From Chloroflexota bacterium (GTDB taxonomy: Bacteria > Chloroflexota > Dehalococcoidia > SZUA-161 > SpSt-899): a stretch of 62,889 nt of DNA. Made by a program: the position numbers and the translations under genes. The notes beneath the pieces are model-generated. The model was not told the origin of the DNA. It was given only the letters and a program-made list of their open reading frames with translations, and ran no database searches. The DNA is taken from contig JABMQN010000059.1 of NCBI GenBank assembly GCA_013203045.1, forward strand, positions 1-62,889, written 5' to 3'. Positions 35,222 through 44,712 of the stretch are shown here, in pieces. How positions within the stretch are numbered: the first letter of the stretch is position 1; every line of letters starts with the position of its first letter.

Positions 35222-36850
35222 TTAGCCGAGGATAGTCTTCAAATCCTCATCTGCTGTGGTTATAGGCATGATGTTGAAATTATCCACCAGAACCTGCAAT
35301 ACATTCGGTGTAATGAAGGCAGGCAAACTCGGTCCTAGCCTTATATCCTTTATCCCGAGATGGAACAAAGTCAGCAAAATTGCTACGGCTTTCTGCTCAT
35401 ACCACGAAAGGACCATCGATAGCGGAAGGTCATTGACCTCGCACTCGAAAGCTCCTGCCAGCGCTACCGCGATTTGAATAGCGGAGTAGGCATCGTTACA
35501 CTGACCAACATCCAGCAGTCTAGGAATTCCGCCGATATCCCCGAGGTCCTTATCGAAGAAGCGGAATTTGCCGCATGCCAGTGTCAGGACTACGCAGTCT
35601 GATGGCACTTTCTCCACAAACTCGGTGTAGTAATTACGTCCCGGTTTGGCCCCATCGCATCCGGCGACGAGGAAGAAATGGCGAATTGCTTTGCCTTTGA
35701 CCGCTTCGATTATTTTATCGGCGACGCCTAGCACAGCATTGCGGGCAAATCCGACCATCACCGAACCCTTGTCCGTATCTTCGGCAAACCCAGGCATTGC
35801 TAATGCCTTTTCAATCAACGACGCATAGTTCTTATCCGCTATGTGAGTAACACCAGGCCAGCCCACTAATCCGGTTGTGAAAATGTTGCTCTGGTAGGAA
35901 TCCTGAGGTTTCTGGATACAATTGGTGGTCATCAGGATGGCACCGGGGAACTCAGCAAATTCAGCTTTCTGGTTCTGCCAGGCGGTCCCATAATGTCCGT
36001 AGAAATGTGCGTACTTCTTGAGCCCAGGGTATCCGTGACAGGGAAGCATTTCGCCGTGGGTGTAGACATTGATGCCCTTACCATCACTCTGCTTGAGAAC
36101 CTCTTCCAGGTCCATCAGGTCATGGCCCGAAACAAGAATAGCCTTTCCTTTTTTAGCACCAAGTGGCACTGACGTAGGAACCGGATGTCCGTAAGCACCG
36201 GTGTTGCCTGCATCGAGCAGTTCCATTGCTCTAAGATTGATTTCACCGCATTTGAGGACAAGCCCAACTAAATCATTCACACCCAGGTCTTTGTTGAGGG
36301 TAGCGGCCAGTCCCTCGTGGATGAAGGCATAAACCTTGTCATCTTCCTGCCCCAGTATCCGAGCATGATCGGCATAGGCAGCAACCCCTTTCAATCCATA
36401 GATTAAAACCTGTTGAAGCGAGAGGATATCGGGGTTGGCGTTAGGATCAGATTGAACCCCGACTTTTTCACCCTGGGCTACCAGTCCATCGATGGTATTT
36501 TCTGGAATAAAAGTAGCAGGACCTTCGCCCAAATCAACCTTTCCGCTGGCGGCACTGACCTTTCCTTTCAGTGCATCTCTGAGCCTGATAGCCTCATTGA
36601 TCATTAAGACGAACCTGTCAGCATCGAAATCCACATTGGTCAGTGTTGAGAAAACTGCCTCACAGGTGAATTTGTTAACCTCCGGATCACTAACCCAGAC
36701 CTTGCGTCCCTCGATGGCATACAGGGAAAGTCCTTTTACCGCATAAAGCAGCAAATCCTGCAAAGCTGCAACTTCCGGCTGCTTCCCGCATACTCCTACT
36801 TTGGTGCACCCTTCTCCCTTAGCTGTTTGTTCGCATTGATAGCAAAACAT
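35222..36850 (-). CDS. hcp: hybrid cluster protein / hydroxylamine reductase
   Basis: 542 aa. The N-terminal MFCYQCEQTAKGEGCTKVGVCGK is the Hcp signature. Confidence 0.95.
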   Translation of the reverse strand: MFCYQCEQTAKGEGCTKVGVCGKQPEVAALQDLLLYAVKGLSLYAIEGRKVWVSDPEVNKFTCEAVFSTLTNVDFDADRFVLMINEAIRLRDALKGKVSAASGKVDLGEGPATFIPENTIDGLVAQGEKVGVQSDPNANPDILSLQQVLIYGLKGVAAYADHARILGQEDDKVYAFIHEGLAATLNKDLGVNDLVGLVLKCGEINLRAMELLDAGNTGAYGHPVPTSVPLGAKKGKAILVSGHDLMDLEEVLKQSDGKGINVYTHGEMLPCHGYPGLKKYAHFYGHYGTAWQNQKAEFAEFPGAILMTTNCIQKPQDSYQSNIFTTGLVGWPGVTHIADKNYASLIEKALAMPGFAEDTDKGSVMVGFARNAVLGVADKIIEAVKGKAIRHFFLVAGCDGAKPGRNYYTEFVEKVPSDCVVLTLACGKFRFFDKDLGDIGGIPRLLDVGQCNDAYSAIQIAVALAGAFECEVNDLPLSMVLSWYEQKAVAILLTLFHLGIKDIRLGPSLPAFITPNVLQVLVDNFNIMPITTADEDLKTILG

Positions 36851-36949
36851 GGTTGATTTTCCTCCTTTATTTTTTCTGAAGAGACTTCAAAAGTGAGTTC
36901 GCTTTTGTTCTCCTTGTCAACAGGATAAGCTATCCGGAGTATGATCTTA

Positions 36950-36965
36950 TATGATTTACATCATA
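36950..36965. promoter_or_regulatory. perfect dyad TATGAT-TTAC-ATCATA (FNR/CRP-type TGAT-N4... geometry) about 100 nt upstream of hcp
   Basis: Read directly from the sequence. The core matches the TTGAT-N4-ATCAA class except for the outermost base. Confidence 0.4.
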
Positions 36966-37093
36966 ATGTTGATCGAACTAGTATGAGATATGTAATTACT
37001 CCTCAAACAGACTAATGTAAAGGTAATATCAAAGTTATAAAACCAGTTTAGGAAATGTTGCAAAAGCATAACGTTTGGGGGAAAAGGGGAGGG

Positions 37094-37136
37094 ATAAAAA
37101 GAAGCGCCAGGTGATACTAGGCTCACCTGGCGCTTC
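37094..37136 (-). terminator. Rho-independent terminator after the HdrD-like gene
   Basis: A 14-bp stem GAAGCGCCAGGTGA/TCACCTGGCGCTTC with an 8-nt loop, followed on the minus strand by TTTTTAT. Confidence 0.75.
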
Positions 37137-37173
37137 TGTCTCATCTCGTGATAAGGTTTTCCGCAATTTGCGC

Positions 37174-38349
37174 TTATAATGTTTCCAGCATGAAGGTGTT
37201 AATATCAACGATCTTGATCGACTCGTCGCCTTCGTTTCTAGCGGCCCTCTTCAGGTTCCAGTCACAGAAAGAACAGGCGGTAACAACGGTGTTAGCGCCC
37301 TCATCACGAACATCCTGCAATCGGTCCTTGCCTGTATGCATGGATAGTTCCGGCTGTTCCACAGGATTGCGGCCACAACACTGAGTAACTCTCTTAGTGG
37401 CATGCATATCTTTGTAATCGATTCCCGGCACGCTCTGGATGATCTCCCTCGGCTCTTTGTAGACCTTACTTCCAAGCCTGACCATGTGACACGGATCATG
37501 ATAGGTTACTTTACCTTCGACACCTTTGGTCGGCTTGATCTTGCCATCTCTGATAGCCTCGGCGATGATCTGAGTCTGATGAACAACCTGGAACGGAAGC
37601 TCACCGAGAACCTTGGGATACTCTACCGCCAGATTATGATAACAGCAGGCACATGATGTGACCACGGTTTTGGCTCCAGCCGCTTTAATGGCCTCGACGT
37701 TCTTCGCGGCGATCTCTTTATAAGCCTTGGATTGACCAGACTGGTCCAGTGGGTTGCCACAGCAAAGTTCGTTTTCGCCCAGAATGGCGAAGTCTACTCC
37801 GGCAGCCTTGAGCATCTTGGCGGATGACTGGGCAAGCTCCTGCGCTCGGAAAGAGGCAACACAACCTGCAAAATATACAATCTCTCCCTTATTGGGGATG
37901 TTCATCCCTTCAGCCCATTTCGCTCGATCTTTCTGATCGCGCCCAAATCGGTTGCCACCCTTTTCAATAACGGCGGCATCCTTCTTCCAAGGCTCAGTGG
38001 GGCCATGCCCGAGGTCAACCAAATCTTCTCGCCATGCTTTGATGATGTTGACCTGATCGCCATTAACTACGCAGCGGGAGTTGCAGCAAGAACCGCAAAG
38101 ACTGCATTCGTAAACATACTCGACGAACTTAGGCTCCATTTCCAGCTTGCCTTCGAGCAAAGTTCGACCTGCCTGAATCCATCCCTGAGCGGAATAGGAT
38201 ATTTTGCGATGTTGCTCCCAGGTGGGACAAAGTCGATTAGGAGCAGGGCCTCGCGGTGGATAGGGAGTCCAAGGACCCCTCTGGCAGACGCCACAAGCCT
38301 GGTCGTTCCATAATTTAAGATGATATTCGTTTAATTTCGGATAATCCAT
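37174..38349 (-). CDS. Fe-S oxidoreductase with two CCG domains (HdrD/GlcF/LldE-like)
   Basis: 391 aa with CSLCGSCC, and CCG-type motifs (ELCCGNP, TQCCGRNP) plus flanking CxxC. Confidence 0.7.
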   Translation of the reverse strand: MDYPKLNEYHLKLWNDQACGVCQRGPWTPYPPRGPAPNRLCPTWEQHRKISYSAQGWIQAGRTLLEGKLEMEPKFVEYVYECSLCGSCCNSRCVVNGDQVNIIKAWREDLVDLGHGPTEPWKKDAAVIEKGGNRFGRDQKDRAKWAEGMNIPNKGEIVYFAGCVASFRAQELAQSSAKMLKAAGVDFAILGENELCCGNPLDQSGQSKAYKEIAAKNVEAIKAAGAKTVVTSCACCYHNLAVEYPKVLGELPFQVVHQTQIIAEAIRDGKIKPTKGVEGKVTYHDPCHMVRLGSKVYKEPREIIQSVPGIDYKDMHATKRVTQCCGRNPVEQPELSMHTGKDRLQDVRDEGANTVVTACSFCDWNLKRAARNEGDESIKIVDINTFMLETL

Positions 38350-38358
38350 AACGCCTCC

Positions 38359-39720
38359 TTAGTCCTCCATATCCGGTGGCATGCCACGATGCATGATGTT
38401 ATTTGGATCAATGGACCTCTTGACCGTCCGATAGAGTTCGAGGTATGACTTCTCGATGTGTTTGGTCATATTCGGGAAAGGTCCCGGATAATCGGGTACA
38501 TAGCCGGCTTCGATCCAGCCATCGTGGACTTCCTGAATGATATCAAAAATCCTGTCCATATCGGTCTCTTCATCGTAGACATAGATGGGGAAATTATTGG
38601 CGTAGTTGCCATCTACCCACCAGCCCATACCTCGGTTCAGCCCATACTTTTCACCAACTGCGTTGTAATGGTCAAAGATCTCTTTCGTCTTGTGAATGGG
38701 ATGGAATCCACCGCAAGATATCTGCCTGCGAGAAGGTTCGTACGGCAGAGAAATTGAAGCAGCCGAGCCCCACTCAGCGGTTCGCTCACCTTCAACAAAT
38801 GCTCGTCCGCCAGCCTGCAGACAAAGCTCATGAGCTTTTTTAACTCGGAAATCAACTTCTTCCTGCCAACCCTCTGCTAACATGGAAAGAATCCACTTAC
38901 CTGGAGCGGGAGGTAACTGGTTGGTGATGCTCATCTGATCGTCAGTCACGCAGATGCCATATGAGATATTTGCTTCAACCAGAAGCCTAACTGCTTCCTG
39001 TACGGTCTCCTCATCCGGAAAAGCAAAGTCGACTTGCTGCTTGGCCTCAGGAATGCGGTACATGCGCATATAAACTTCTGTGATTACACCCATTGTGCCC
39101 AACGATTCAAGGAATAGTCCGGTCAGGTCAGGACCAGTGCCCTGATACCGAGTGAACTTGGCTGCTTTACCGAAGTGAGAAGATCCGGTATGGACAATCT
39201 CTCCGGTAGGTGTTACAACTTCCAGTCCTAGCAGGAAATCGCCTACTCGGCCATAAACCGATCCGCCCACGCCCATGCCATTGAAATTGACCCAAGCTGC
39301 AAGTGTCACTGCATTTCCGAATTCGGGTTTCCACGGGATTTTCCAACCTTTGGCGGCCAGGTCTTTGATAATCCTATAAACAGTAACTCCACCCTGCGCT
39401 GAAAATGACTGTGAACCTTCATCGAGCTCGATAGGATTATCCATGCGACACAGGTCGAGAGTAATTCCACCCTCGCGGGGAAGAGCTGCACCAGTATTGG
39501 TGGTTCCGCCTGCGCGGACATTCACCGGGGTAATAGTTTCGTTTGCCAGCTTCATGATTTCGGAAACTTCCTGCGTCGAACCCGGGTTGACGATCACTTC
39601 CGGCCTGCGATGAAGCTCATAGCTCCAGGCTCTCGCGTAGGCGCAAAGTTCCCATGGATCATCAGTGACCCATTGTTCACCAACGATTTCTTTGAGTCTA
39701 TTGACTAGTTTCTGATCCAA
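38359..39720 (-). CDS. FAD-binding oxidase (GlcD / D-lactate dehydrogenase-like, FAD_binding_4)
   Basis: 453 aa. It has a PCMH-type FAD domain (V.P.S..EV..I...A......V..RAGGT). It is adjacent to a GlcF/HdrD-like partner. Confidence 0.8.
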   Translation of the reverse strand: MDQKLVNRLKEIVGEQWVTDDPWELCAYARAWSYELHRRPEVIVNPGSTQEVSEIMKLANETITPVNVRAGGTTNTGAALPREGGITLDLCRMDNPIELDEGSQSFSAQGGVTVYRIIKDLAAKGWKIPWKPEFGNAVTLAAWVNFNGMGVGGSVYGRVGDFLLGLEVVTPTGEIVHTGSSHFGKAAKFTRYQGTGPDLTGLFLESLGTMGVITEVYMRMYRIPEAKQQVDFAFPDEETVQEAVRLLVEANISYGICVTDDQMSITNQLPPAPGKWILSMLAEGWQEEVDFRVKKAHELCLQAGGRAFVEGERTAEWGSAASISLPYEPSRRQISCGGFHPIHKTKEIFDHYNAVGEKYGLNRGMGWWVDGNYANNFPIYVYDEETDMDRIFDIIQEVHDGWIEAGYVPDYPGPFPNMTKHIEKSYLELYRTVKRSIDPNNIMHRGMPPDMED

Positions 39721-39812
39721 ATCGTTCCTCCTTTTCTAGATAATGTATTTAAGTTTCTCATTACTGCTCTAATAGTTCTGCGTGTATTGTTTTATTCCAG
39801 TCCCTCCTTGAT

Positions 39813-40268
39813 CTATTTTGTAGTGTCATCAGATACACAATCGACTCGAAACGAACCTTTTTCATGTTGTCGATCCACCAGGTCCTGCAAGGTGGTTGAT
39901 TCCAATATTTCGTCAGTAGCCTTCTTGATTCGGACCCATATATCATGGGTTACGCAGGAGCCTGAACTAGGACAGATTCCCGGATCATCAGCGCATTCTG
40001 TCGGGGAAATGGAACCCTCCATGATTTGAACTATCTCGCGTAATGTGATTTCAGAAGGTGCTCTGGTGAGTGTGAATCCACCGTGTGCACCACGCATGGA
40101 ACGGATCATCCCTGCTGCTTTGGGCGCAAGAAGCAATTGCTCAAGATATCGAGCAGACATTTTTTGCCGTTGAGCGATGTCTTTGACTAAAACAGGCCCA
40201 TTTCCCGAAAAAATAGCCAGATCTATCATTGCTCTGATGACATATCTAGATTTGGTGGTTAGCTGCAT
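39813..40268 (-). CDS. Rrf2-family transcriptional regulator
   Basis: 151 aa with MQLTTKSRYVIRAMIDLA wHTH and C-terminal CADDPGICPSSGSC ligands. Confidence 0.85.
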   Translation of the reverse strand: MQLTTKSRYVIRAMIDLAIFSGNGPVLVKDIAQRQKMSARYLEQLLLAPKAAGMIRSMRGAHGGFTLTRAPSEITLREIVQIMEGSISPTECADDPGICPSSGSCVTHDIWVRIKKATDEILESTTLQDLVDRQHEKGSFRVDCVSDDTTK

Positions 40269-40322
40269 TCTGACTTACCTTATCAATATGATTAATTACA
40301 TCGAGTGCATGAATATCATCGG

Positions 40323-40361
40323 AATACTGATAATAGTACCATCAACCATTTTCAGTGTCAA
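40323..40361 (-). promoter_or_regulatory. candidate promoter of the minus-strand Rrf2 gene, with an operator-like box
   Basis: The minus strand reads TTGACA-N17-TACTAT. It is followed or overlapped by ATTATCAGTATT (reverse complement of AATACTGATAAT) and GATGATATT. Confidence 0.5.
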
Positions 40362-40440
40362 TAGTTTTTCCCTGTTTTTCTCCGTCATCAGACAGTTGAT
40401 TTCCTAACACTCCACCCAATGTTACATAGTGATTCCACCC

Positions 40441-40497
40441 TTGACAACGCAATACAAGCGATACATAATTATTATGATGATAATACTGATAATTAGG
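40441..40497 (+). promoter_or_regulatory. candidate promoter of the plus-strand Rrf2/11-gene operon, with an operator-like box
   Basis: TTGACA-N17-CATAAT is followed by TATTATGATGATAATACTGATAATTAGG. This is nearly identical to the box at 53679..53711. Confidence 0.55.
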
Positions 40498-40505
40498 TTA
40501 GGCGC

Positions 40506-40925
40506 ATGAGGCTATCAACCAGATCAAGATATGCTGTACGTGCTTTGATAGACCTCGCTATGCACTTAGGTGAGGGGCCCGTTCTCGTCAGGGAAATCGC
40601 TGACCGTGAAGATATTTCCGTCCGCTACCTCGAGCAGCTGCTCCTGCCACTAAAAGCCGCGGGCTTAGTTAGGGCAACCCGGGGCGCTAATGGCGGCTTT
40701 ACCCTTGCCAAAGATCCTGCCGAGGTTAACCTCCGTGAGATAATTAAGATCATGGAAGGATCGACTGCGTTCACCGAATGTGTTGACAGCGCTGAAGTCT
40801 GCTCTCGTTCCGATACCTGCATCCTTCGTTCGTCGTGGATTGAAGTGACCGATGCGGCCAACAAGGTGATGGAGAAAACATCATTGCAAGTCATAGTTGA
40901 TCGTCAAAACCTGAAATCAAAATAA
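40506..40925 (+). CDS. Rrf2-family transcriptional regulator
   Basis: 139 aa with MRLSTRSRYAVRALIDLA wHTH and CVDSAEVCSRSDTC ligands. Confidence 0.85.
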   Translation: MRLSTRSRYAVRALIDLAMHLGEGPVLVREIADREDISVRYLEQLLLPLKAAGLVRATRGANGGFTLAKDPAEVNLREIIKIMEGSTAFTECVDSAEVCSRSDTCILRSSWIEVTDAANKVMEKTSLQVIVDRQNLKSK

Positions 40926-40935
40926 AAGGTAGCCA

Positions 40936-41406
40936 GTGGAAAACCAATTAACTAATCTGCTTGCTCCGTATATGGGGCAAAAAGGTGTTACCATACAGGT
41001 CCTTCAAAAAGTTCAGGAAGAACTGGGATACCTGCCTCGTGAAGCCATTGATGAAATAGCCCGAAGCCTGCGTATACCGCCTTCGGAAATCTTTGGGGTC
41101 ATTTCTTTTTATTCCCAGTTCCGAACCACGCCCCGAGGTAAGCATATTGTCAGAGTTTGCCGCGGTACGGCATGCCATGTACGCGGTGGCGGCGCAGTCC
41201 TGGATCAGATTAAAAGGGAGTTGAATATTGAAGAGAATGAAACAACTCCCGATCTTGAATATACAATTGAAACCGTGGCCTGTATCGGCGCCTGCGCGTT
41301 AGCCCCGGCGATGGTAATTGATGAAGATACCTTTGGCCAGATGACCCCGGGAAAAATTCCGAATCTATTTGTCGCTCAAAAGCAGGGGGAGGGGCAGGAT
41401 GCCTGA
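40936..41406 (+). CDS. NuoE/HydC-like [2Fe-2S] thioredoxin-fold subunit
   Basis: 156 aa with a GTG start. It has VCRGTACHVRGG and ACIGACALAP cluster motifs. Confidence 0.85.
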   Translation: MENQLTNLLAPYMGQKGVTIQVLQKVQEELGYLPREAIDEIARSLRIPPSEIFGVISFYSQFRTTPRGKHIVRVCRGTACHVRGGGAVLDQIKRELNIEENETTPDLEYTIETVACIGACALAPAMVIDEDTFGQMTPGKIPNLFVAQKQGEGQDA

Positions 41407-43291
41407 TCACGAGAACCCCTCCGAGCAATCTGATGGAAAACGCTCTATTCTTATCTGTCAGGCTCTGGGGTGTCTTTCCAGCCATTCGGACAGGATTCAA
41501 ACGGCGATTGAAGCAGAAATATCCCAATTGGAACTTGCGGATTCAGTCAATGTCAAACTTACCGGATGCCCCGGCCTTTGCCAGGAAGGCCCCATCGTTC
41601 TCATCGAACCGGAGGGCACTTTCTACGCCAGAGTTAAACCGGAGGATGCGCCGGATATTGCTCAATCGATGCTGCCCGATGGTCAGGTAGTGGAAAGACT
41701 CCTGTATCACGGTGATGACGGCCAGCCGATTCGTAACTATGCTGATATTCCCTACTATGTCAAACAGCAGCATATCGTCTTGCGCAATTGCGGTCATATC
41801 AATCCCGAAGAAATCGATGATTACATTGCCGTTAGCGGTTACGAGGCGCTGAAGAAAGTGCTAGCTGATATGGCTCCGGAACAGGTAGTCGAAGAGGTCA
41901 CCAAATCCGGAATACGCGGCAGGGGCGGAGCCGGTTTCCCCGCAGGCAGAAAATGGGCCGAAGCGCGGAAATCCACCAAAGAGCCCAAGTACGTCATCTG
42001 CAATGCTGATGAGGGCGACCCCGGCGCTTTTATGGATCGGAGCACTCTGGAAAGTGACCCTCATACTGTTATCGAAGGAATGATCATTGCTGGTTATGCC
42101 ATTGGCAGTGATACCGGCTACATTTATGTCCGTGCCGAGTATCCCCTGGCAATCAAACGCCTCAAAATTGCATTGAAACAGGCTGAAGGGAGGGGGTTGC
42201 TGGGAGATAATATCCTCGGTTCCGGTTTCAGTTTCACACTTCAAATCAGGGAAGGAGCCGGAGCCTTTGTTTGTGGCGAAGCAAGCGCTTTGATGTACTC
42301 TATCGAAGGCAAGCGCGGAATGCCACGGGTAAAGCCTCCAAGATCGGTTGAATCGGGACTGTGGGGTCTGCCTACTTCATTGAACAATGTTAAAACATTT
42401 GCCAGTGTCCCGGTGATCATTCTCCGTGGTGCGGACTGGTATGCCGGTATCGGAACACCTAACAGCACAGGCACCGCTGTTTTTGCTTTAACAGGCAAGA
42501 TCGTCAATAGCGGATTAATTGAAGTGCCGATGGGCATGACCCTGCGAGAGATCATTTTTGATATTGGTGGCGGACTTATCGGTGGCAAGGAGTTTAAGGC
42601 AGTACAGACCGGGGGTCCATCCGGTGGCTGCCTTCCAGCCAGCGCACTCGATCTGCCTGTCGATTTCGATTCCCTCAATGAAGCTGGCTCGATAATGGGT
42701 TCCGGTGGAATGGTGGTGGTTGACGAAGATACCTGCATGGTCGACCTGGCCCGATACTTCCTGGAGTTTACTCAGGAGGAATCCTGCGGAAAATGCGTGC
42801 CCTGCCGCATCGGGACGGAACTGGTGCTGGAAATCTTGGACCGCATTACCAACGGCGAAGGAAAACCCGGCGACATAGAATTACTTGAAGAATACGGGGA
42901 CGTGATTGCCAAGGGTTCGCTCTGTGGATTGGGGAAATCAGCTCCGAATCCGGTTCTTTCCACCATCAAATATTTTAGAGATGAATACGAGGCTCATATT
43001 AATGAAAAACGCTGTCCGGCCGGCGCGTGCCGCGCGCTTACCAGTTTCTATATCAATCCCGAAGCCTGCCGAGCCTGCATGCTCTGTTTCGAAAGCTGCC
43101 CGGTAGAGGCAGTCGATGGCTGGCTCAGGACAATTCACATTGTACTTCAGGAGAAATGCATCAAATGCGGTTCATGTTATGATGTCTGTCCATCTCTTTA
43201 CAACGCTATCGTGAAAGTGCCTGTAATAGAGGTTCCCCAACCACCTATGCCGGGGACGAAGGTACCGCGTAAGAAGAGGTCGAAATGTTAG
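41399..43291 (+). CDS. NuoF/HydB-like NAD(H)-binding FMN/Fe-S flavoprotein with N-terminal [2Fe-2S] and C-terminal 2x[4Fe-4S] domains
   Basis: GRGGAGFP.G.KW, NADEGDPGAF and ESCGKCVPCR motifs. The ATG at 41399 overlaps the NuoE-like stop as ATGCCTGA. The track ORF starts at 41369. Confidence 0.9.
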   Translation: MPDHENPSEQSDGKRSILICQALGCLSSHSDRIQTAIEAEISQLELADSVNVKLTGCPGLCQEGPIVLIEPEGTFYARVKPEDAPDIAQSMLPDGQVVERLLYHGDDGQPIRNYADIPYYVKQQHIVLRNCGHINPEEIDDYIAVSGYEALKKVLADMAPEQVVEEVTKSGIRGRGGAGFPAGRKWAEARKSTKEPKYVICNADEGDPGAFMDRSTLESDPHTVIEGMIIAGYAIGSDTGYIYVRAEYPLAIKRLKIALKQAEGRGLLGDNILGSGFSFTLQIREGAGAFVCGEASALMYSIEGKRGMPRVKPPRSVESGLWGLPTSLNNVKTFASVPVIILRGADWYAGIGTPNSTGTAVFALTGKIVNSGLIEVPMGMTLREIIFDIGGGLIGGKEFKAVQTGGPSGGCLPASALDLPVDFDSLNEAGSIMGSGGMVVVDEDTCMVDLARYFLEFTQEESCGKCVPCRIGTELVLEILDRITNGEGKPGDIELLEEYGDVIAKGSLCGLGKSAPNPVLSTIKYFRDEYEAHINEKRCPAGACRALTSFYINPEACRACMLCFESCPVEAVDGWLRTIHIVLQEKCIKCGSCYDVCPSLYNAIVKVPVIEVPQPPMPGTKVPRKKRSKC

Positions 43292-44364
43292 AAAAAGAAC
43301 TCAAAGAAATATACGAACTTTGTGTTAATTGCAGACTCTGCTTGAAAGAGTGCGAATTCCTGAAGAGTCTTTTTGAAACCCGTGATAGTATCATCGTGGA
43401 TCTGGAAGCCGAGGGGGCGAACAATAAAACCCTTTACTCCTGCACGATGTGTGATTTATGTGAGACCATTTGTCCCAGCGAATTGAATATCGGCAGGGCT
43501 TATTTGAAGTTGCGCCAGCAAAAGGGGCCTCTTCCGGTGCAGAAGAAATTCATCGATAAGGACCAGGAATGGGTCCTTTCCGATAACTTTGCCCTGGCCC
43601 TCCCTGACCCTGACAGCAGTGAATGCCAGCGAGTTTTCTTCCCCGGTTGTCATCTGGTAGGGTATTCCGCCGACCTGGTCATGAAAACCTACGAACATCT
43701 TAAAGCCAAATTGCCCGGCACTGCCATTTTACTGGGATGCTGCGGCGCTTCCAGGAGAGAATGCGGGGATGACGCCCTTTTCAAGGAAACAGCGGATAAT
43801 GTGGAGGCTGAAGTGAAAAAGCTGGGGGCTTCCGAGATCATCGTGGCCTGCCCGAACTGTCGCTACGCTTTCACTGAGCATGAACGTTCCCTGAAGATAA
43901 GGTCTATCTACGAAGTGCTGGACGAAATCGAATTACCTGAGATGGCCAGTAATGGTGAGCGGACATTCACTGTTCACGATCCCTGCCGGGCCAGGTGGCA
44001 GGATGAAATGCAGGATGCTGCGAGGAACCTTATTTCCAAGGCCGGGCATAAGATTGAAGAGATGCGGTATTCCAGAGATTTAACCATGTGTTGCGGACTT
44101 GGTGGGCAGATTCCCTATGCCAACGCGCCATTGTCGAAGACTATGGCAAAGCTACGGGCCGAACAGGCGGAGGTTGATATAGTAACATATTGTGCCAGTT
44201 GCCGGGATGCGCTTGCTCCCCATAAACCAACTTTGCACGTCCTTGATCTGATTTTCAATCCTGATTGGGATGAAGCCAGAACCAAACCGGCTGAAAAACC
44301 ATCCGAGAAACGGGAACATCAGTCGGCGCTCCGGGCACAACTGCTGGAGAAATTCGGCGGATAG
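43285..44364 (+). CDS. HdrD-like Fe-S protein (N-terminal 2x[4Fe-4S] plus two CCG domains)
   Basis: 359 aa with CVNCRLCLKEC and CTMCDLCETICP, then LLGCCGAS and TMCCGLGG. Its start overlaps the NuoF-like stop. Confidence 0.7.
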   Translation: MLEKELKEIYELCVNCRLCLKECEFLKSLFETRDSIIVDLEAEGANNKTLYSCTMCDLCETICPSELNIGRAYLKLRQQKGPLPVQKKFIDKDQEWVLSDNFALALPDPDSSECQRVFFPGCHLVGYSADLVMKTYEHLKAKLPGTAILLGCCGASRRECGDDALFKETADNVEAEVKKLGASEIIVACPNCRYAFTEHERSLKIRSIYEVLDEIELPEMASNGERTFTVHDPCRARWQDEMQDAARNLISKAGHKIEEMRYSRDLTMCCGLGGQIPYANAPLSKTMAKLRAEQAEVDIVTYCASCRDALAPHKPTLHVLDLIFNPDWDEARTKPAEKPSEKREHQSALRAQLLEKFGG

Positions 44365-44455
44365 CCAGGAAACCACATTTGCGAGGTATCTACAAACAGC
44401 CTATAATTATATTGACATGTTTTGAATTTTTACCATAAGGAGGCAAACCGCTGAA

Positions 44456-44710
44456 ATGAATCTGGAAAAAAGTCCTGAATTAAGCGCGCTCATGGAAGAA
44501 CGGGGCATCCGAGACGAAGAGGTGACCAAGGTCATCTCCGAAGCAGAATCCTCCGGTGACAAAATGTACAAACCGGATACCCCCGACTGCCTGGCCAAAC
44601 TGAAGATCGATGAAGCCACCTATTTTGTGGAATACTCCGTGATCGATGCTGACAATTTCAAAGTCAACAAAGCCTACAGCATGAAAACGGATTTCGCGGA
44701 GGAGTTGTAA
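44456..44710 (+). CDS. hypothetical small acidic protein
   Basis: 84 aa with AAGGAGG 8 nt upstream of the ATG. I do not recognise the family. Confidence 0.5.
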   Translation: MNLEKSPELSALMEERGIRDEEVTKVISEAESSGDKMYKPDTPDCLAKLKIDEATYFVEYSVIDADNFKVNKAYSMKTDFAEEL

Positions 44711-44712
44711 TC

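Noticed and set aside
40936-43291. The NuoE and NuoF-like genes could be the missing input module of the complex I operon.
   Set aside because: They are 29 kb away and no NuoG is present. They are translationally coupled to an HdrD-like CCG protein and sit under an Rrf2-linked promoter. They more likely form a separate soluble NAD(H) module. Association with complex I cannot be excluded from sequence alone.
44365-44455. An internal promoter (TTGACA at about 44416) might precede the 84-aa gene.
   Set aside because: No acceptable -10 hexamer lies at 16-18 nt spacing (only TACCAT/ATAAGG-like). I treat the 91-nt gap as an intra-operon spacer unless transcript data say otherwise.
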